From positions 33,852,001 through 33,916,000 of the forward strand of contig CM060734.1 of NCBI GenBank assembly GCA_030704615.1: a stretch of DNA of 64,000 nucleotides, in the 5' to 3' direction. Below the pieces are notes generated by a model. It was given only the letters and a program-made list of their open reading frames with translations, was not told where the DNA came from and searched no databases. The translations under genes were made by a program, and so were the position numbers. Source of the stretch: Takakia lepidozioides (lineage: Eukaryota > Plantae > Bryophyta). Below, piece by piece: positions 59,306-64,000 of this stretch. Every line of letters starts with the position of its first letter. Positions within the stretch are counted from its first letter, which is position 1.

Positions 59306-61615
59306 TCACCAGTACTCCCCACAAGAACACACTCCACCTTCAAAGTGGTGAAAGCGGTTGGCATCCCGTACAACAATTGCTCGCCCAACAATCTTTGAGA
59401 TGAACTTGGTTGCTGTGTGGCAGTCACCACACACACGAAGGTTCTTGATGATACGGAGAGTAGTGCCAGGGGACGTGCTGATGAGCCCAAAGGCAATGGC
59501 CAGCTTCTCACTGTGGTGACAAAGAGAAAACTGCTTTTGCTCATCTTCCAGATCATGCAACACAAAGCGTGTGTCAGGTACATACCCCGCTTCCTTCATC
59601 TGCCCATACAATCTAGTCAGCTCAGCATGGATTTCCTCAATTTGTGGATGCCATTTGTCGTCTACAACAAATGTGTGCACCTTGTTCTCAACCTCAATGC
59701 AGCAGCGACCTGCCTCCTTTCTAACACCTTTGGCATACATCATCTTTCTCACCTTTGCAGTATCCTCCCACCTGCCAGTGGCAGCATAGATGTTTGACAG
59801 TAGCACATAAGTTGCGGCATCCTGTGGATCCCACTTGAGAAGGCATTTTGCCGCTCGCTCTGCCACCTTCACATTGGCATGCATTCTGGAGGCACCAAGC
59901 AAGGCACCCCACACAGGCACACCTGGTTCAATGGGCATTTTGTTGACAAAATCCTCCGCCTCATCCACTCGCCCTGCACGGCCAAGAAGGTCTACCATGC
60001 AGCCAAAATGCTCCCCTGTAGGATTGAGGCCATGATCTTGACTAAGGGAATCAAAGTAGTGTCTGCCTTCATCCACTAGGCCCACATTGCTACATGCAGA
60101 GAGAACACATATAAATGTGATACCATTCGGTGTCAGCCCTTCCTGTTGCATTTGTTCAAACAAATCCAGGGCCTCCCTACCACACCCATGCTGGGCATAT
60201 CCTGCAATCATCGCACTCCATGAGATCGCACTCCTTTGAGGCATATTGTCAAACAGTGTACGCGCATGAGTTATGTTCCCACATTTGGCATACATATCAA
60301 CAAGGGCAGTGTCCAGAACAATATCTGACTCAATGCTGGCTTTCATGATGTCAACATGGATCTCTTTGCCCTTTTCCAGGGCTGCCAGGCTGGCACAAGC
60401 ATTTAGAACAGAAACAAATGTAGCCTGGTTAGGCCTCACACCCTTCCATATCATATGCTCATAGGTCTCCAAAGCCTCTCGACCGCACCCATGCTGAGAG
60501 TATCCTGCGATCATCGCATTCCATGAGACCACATCTCTTTCAGCCATACTGTCAAACACTTGAAATGCGTCCTTTATGTTTCCGCATTTGGCATACATGG
60601 CAACAAGGGCAGTGTCCAGAATGATATTTGGCACAATTCCAGCTTCAATGATGTCCGCATGAATCTTTTTGCCCTTCTCCAGAGCCCCTAGGCTGGCACA
60701 AGCATTGAGAATGCAAACAAATGTGACCTGATTGGGCCTTATCCCTCCCCCTATCATGTTCTCATAGGTCTCAAAAGCCTGCCTACCACACCCACGCTGA
60801 GCATATCCTGTGATCATCGCATTCCATGAAACCACATTTCGTTGGGCCATATTGTCAAACACTTGATGCGCATCTTTCATGCTTCCGCATTTCGCATACA
60901 TGGAAGCAAGGGCAGTGTCCAGCTTGACATCTGATTCAACTCCAGCTTTGATGAGACCAGTATGGACCTGTTTGCCCTTCTCTAGGGCTCCTAGGCTCGC
61001 ACAAGCTGTGAGAGCGCAAATGAACGTGACCCTGTCAGGAGACACCTCTTCCTGTAACATTTGCTCATAAATCTCCATGGCCTCTCTACCACACCCATGC
61101 TTCACATAGCCTGCCATCATTATATTCCATGTAAAAATATCTCGTTCAGGCATTTTATCAAACAACAGGCGTGCATCTACAACGCTCCCACACTTGGCAT
61201 ACATGTTGATGAGGGTGTTGTGTAGGAAGATGTTTTGCTTTAATCCGCTTTTGATGATGGTGGCGTGCACCCGCTTTCCCTCTGCTAGGCCTTTGATCTT
61301 GAGGCACTCCTGCAAGAGACAGATGTAAGTATTGTAATCCACCGAAATTCCTCCTCGATCCATTAACTGTACAGCCTCTTTCAATTGTCCTGCTTTGGAT
61401 AGTGTCCTCACATCCCCACAAGTGCCAGCACTAGGGTGGACTCCCTCTCTTCGTCCTCTTTGAAAAGCAGTCATTATGGTGGAGGTTCTTGATTCCAACA
61501 ACTGTGCTGCCACTGCTTCCCGTTGACCATCGAGCCATGCAGGTTTGCTGTAGTTAACAATCCACATTGCCTTGTTGCTACTCTTGTGGTTGAAATCTTG
61601 TTCTCTTGGATGCAT
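59306..61615 (-). CDS. PLS-class PPR protein with E1-E2-DYW deaminase domain (organellar C-to-U RNA editing factor); true start uncertain
   Basis: Intronless frame; ~14 P/L/S repeats ([14 protein letters not shown]); PG-box-like KEAGRCCIE; HSEKLA, CGDCH, terminal CSCGEYW. Confidence 0.95.
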   Translation of the reverse strand: MHPREQDFNHKSSNKAMWIVNYSKPAWLDGQREAVAAQLLESRTSTIMTAFQRGRREGVHPSAGTCGDVRTLSKAGQLKEAVQLMDRGGISVDYNTYICLLQECLKIKGLAEGKRVHATIIKSGLKQNIFLHNTLINMYAKCGSVVDARLLFDKMPERDIFTWNIMMAGYVKHGCGREAMEIYEQMLQEEVSPDRVTFICALTACASLGALEKGKQVHTGLIKAGVESDVKLDTALASMYAKCGSMKDAHQVFDNMAQRNVVSWNAMITGYAQRGCGRQAFETYENMIGGGIRPNQVTFVCILNACASLGALEKGKKIHADIIEAGIVPNIILDTALVAMYAKCGNIKDAFQVFDSMAERDVVSWNAMIAGYSQHGCGREALETYEHMIWKGVRPNQATFVSVLNACASLAALEKGKEIHVDIMKASIESDIVLDTALVDMYAKCGNITHARTLFDNMPQRSAISWSAMIAGYAQHGCGREALDLFEQMQQEGLTPNGITFICVLSACSNVGLVDEGRHYFDSLSQDHGLNPTGEHFGCMVDLLGRAGRVDEAEDFVNKMPIEPGVPVWGALLGASRMHANVKVAERAAKCLLKWDPQDAATYVLLSNIYAATGRWEDTAKVRKMMYAKGVRKEAGRCCIEVENKVHTFVVDDKWHPQIEEIHAELTRLYGQMKEAGYVPDTRFVLHDLEDEQKQFSLCHHSEKLAIAFGLISTSPGTTLRIIKNLRVCGDCHTATKFISKIVGRAIVVRDANRFHHFEGGVCSCGEYW

Positions 61616-62399
61616 CTGCACCCCCACTTTATCCTGCCTCCATCAGCTACCCACTGCCTCCATAACAAAAATGCATAGATCCTCCCCATCGCTGCAAGTA
61701 GCTGACCATGACAACACGTACTCTCCATAGCAAATACTAGTCCCATGCTGAATTGCTTCCAGAGAGGAGAATAACAAGTTGTAAGAAGGATTTTCAATAC
61801 AAACTGCTTGTCCATTTCTGCTCTAACATAACAAGCGTTCACCTTTCTGCCTTGTTTGTCCCTCCAGTGGCTGGGATCTGCAAAACATTCCTTCCAAGGA
61901 TTTTCCTTGTCTCTATTTTTGCTTCTCGAATATTTGCCTGCAACTCCACTACCAGAAACATGTCAAAAACACTCAGACCCCCCAGAGATTCATCCCACAA
62001 GCAAGAAATGTAGAAAACCATGATGAGAAAGCAGTGTGCATGTTGTTTCAGCGAACCCCATGTGGACACCTAATTTGGAAGGAAGAGGGGGAAGGAAAGA
62101 TGGGCGGACCGGCGGAACTCGAAGTTGTCACCTGTTACATCTGATACAGTATGAAAACCTAAATAAAGGGAACCTTCCAAATCCTCAAGTGCATCCAGAC
62201 ATCTTTGTGGGCAAAATAGCCATCCTTGTCAAGTGCTAGCATGAAATCAATTGACGGGCTAGAAGCAACACTGTGGGAAGAATGAAAGAAAGAAACTTTA
62301 CGACGTCCAGGGAAAGGTCAAAGAGCTTATGGGACAAAAGACAGCAGGATACAAGAAAGAATGTGGGGCCTTCAACAAGCAGGAAGGAAACTCTGTTTA

Positions 62400-62660
62400 T
62401 CATCTAGTCCATCTCAGCGAGGCATTGCATGTACTCACCCCTATCTGCATCCAGCTTCTCAAATTCATAATCCACCCAGACAGGTTCCTTGTAGCAATCC
62501 GTCCACAGCTCCTCATTGGTACTCTTGTGCTGGAAATCCGATGCTCTAGGAAGCATCTGTGCCCGCCCTTAATCCCTGCCTCCTTCAGCTCTCCTTGTCT
62601 CCACAAAACAAGGGCATAGATTCTCCCCCTCCCCAAAGTTGACAATGACAATTCAGAACT
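62400..62660 (-). pseudogene. Paralogous copy of the PPR gene's 5' region, without PPR repeats
   Basis: GRIYALVLWRQ..IKGGHRCFLEHRISSTRV..RSCG aligns with [33 protein letters not shown] at ~61540-61690. Confidence 0.65.
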
Positions 62661-63726
62661 GACAAAGCAAACACCCCCACCCTACCTACCAAAAGCTTGC
62701 AAGCGCTGGATATGGCATGACCAACTCCCACTCTACACTTAAAGACATCAGGGTCGGTCCTGGGGTTTGCACCCGGCAGGGTAAAAGGAAGGAGGCCCAA
62801 AATTGCCATATTTGCAATCCGATTACAATCTCGACGCGCATCCATGCAGACATACAATCTAGCATGACTGCAATGATACCTTGATACATTGACCGTTGAT
62901 TTCAGGCACTGCCAGTTTCACTTCACATTGAATTGCAAGGAGGGGTGGAATGTGGTCATTGGCCATTGCAACACGCCAACTTTACTAGGCAGGTTTTATT
63001 TCAGACCTCCGGGTTGTTTGAGGCAGGTCGGAATTTCCTCTCGAAGCTGCCTTGGTTTCAGAGCTTTGAGGTGTGTAAGGCAGTCCGGAATCTCCATGGC
63101 GCTAGCGCACAGCCCACCACAATCCATTGCCGCAAACTGGGTGTTGACTAATGTGCTGGCATGACACTCATACCGAGTAGCATCAACTTGATCCAGCGCT
63201 GCTCCACTAGCTTGCAACAACTGTGGCACATTTGAATGTGCGTGCACTGCCACTCACAAAGTGCGAATAGAATATTTAGGTGGCTTGATTTGAAGGCGAG
63301 AGTTCCGGTCCCAATCAAGTGACTTCAATATTGGGACCGAAGTGAGAGAGGGAAATCCTTGACAGTATCCTTAATTTTCGAGAAAGTTTTGCAAGGAATC
63401 TTGTCTGTAACATTGAAGGCGCTCACTTTATTGCCTCGATTGTCCCACCATTGGCAGAATATTCATTCCATGGCTGTCAGATAATTGGCCTTGGTGAGTT
63501 CCTTTCTCAAACGCTTTCCATAAACTTCGTCCTCTACTACTGGCCTCCGGCTGCCCGTCATTAGCTTTAGTGAAGAAAATCTCTATGCATTGCGGTGCAG
63601 GAAATGCAAAGGGGTCCCGTACAGAGGGAGTCCACGTTTTCTTGAGCTCCTGGGGCCGCTTGTGAGGGCACCTCCAAGATGCCGTGAGTTGGAATTTGCT
63701 CAAGCCTACTATGCAGAGAGTCTCCT

Positions 63727-63730
<4 letters not shown>

Positions 63731-63764
<34 letters not shown>
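63731..63764. repeat. (CT)n microsatellite
   Basis: Visible. Confidence 0.95.
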
Positions 63765-63767
<3 letters not shown>

Positions 63768-64000
63768 CCTCCAACATCACAAAATCGCAGTGCCAACAAA
63801 TTTCAGGCAGTGTGGAAAATGGAGAACACTAGGAATGAGGTAAGAACTTAATGCACACGTGCAACCTCGGTTTCCGGCATGACAACAGAAAATCGGTCTT
63901 TTCTTTCCTTTCTTTTGTCCCATAGGATCTTTGAGCATCCAGTGGACATTTCTGATATTCCTTCCTTTAATTTCTGCAAAATTCGGACCTAAACCCTCAC

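Noticed and set aside
59417-61421. Antisense and alternate-frame ORFs over the PPR gene
   Set aside because: Shadows of the repetitive PPR coding frame
62860-64000. Short ORFs at the right end
   Set aside because: No recognisable motifs or consistent exon structure

Overview
Eukaryotic nuclear DNA, most likely from a non-seed land plant (GT-AG introns, SLAC1-type channel, plastid trigger factor, PLS-DYW PPR gene); the taxon cannot be fixed from the sequence. Host genes: trigger factor (+, 12.3-17.9 kb), VPS51 (+, 20.9-35.1 kb), an unrecognised two-TM Cys-rich protein (+, 52.6-56.7 kb) and an intronless PLS-DYW editing factor (-, 59.3-61.6 kb). Gene relics: SLAC1/SLAH, an ABCB28-like NBD, a NATA1-like GNAT and two PPR paralogues. 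There are also many TEs. The main find is a 9.77-kb Ty3/Gypsy-type retroelement (36858-46629) with several unusual features. It has split direct repeats A...B-gc-A-B rather than ordinary LTRs, yet encodes a DDE integrase and has TGTCA/TGACA ends and a 4-bp TSD. The B/A joint is a palindromic CA-GC-TG site, which fits integration of a 2-LTR circle opened inside the LTR. The primer site is self-complementary rather than tRNA-like. Its pol carries a Dnmt3-like cytosine methyltransferase fragment between protease and RT, and a PHD finger after integrase. Also notable: a SWIM-domain MULE-like insertion splitting a gag in frame with an 11-bp TSD, and a head-to-tail stack of (CT)n-tailed LINEs in a VPS51 intron. 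All alignments and family assignments were made by eye from memory of the families, with no database searches.
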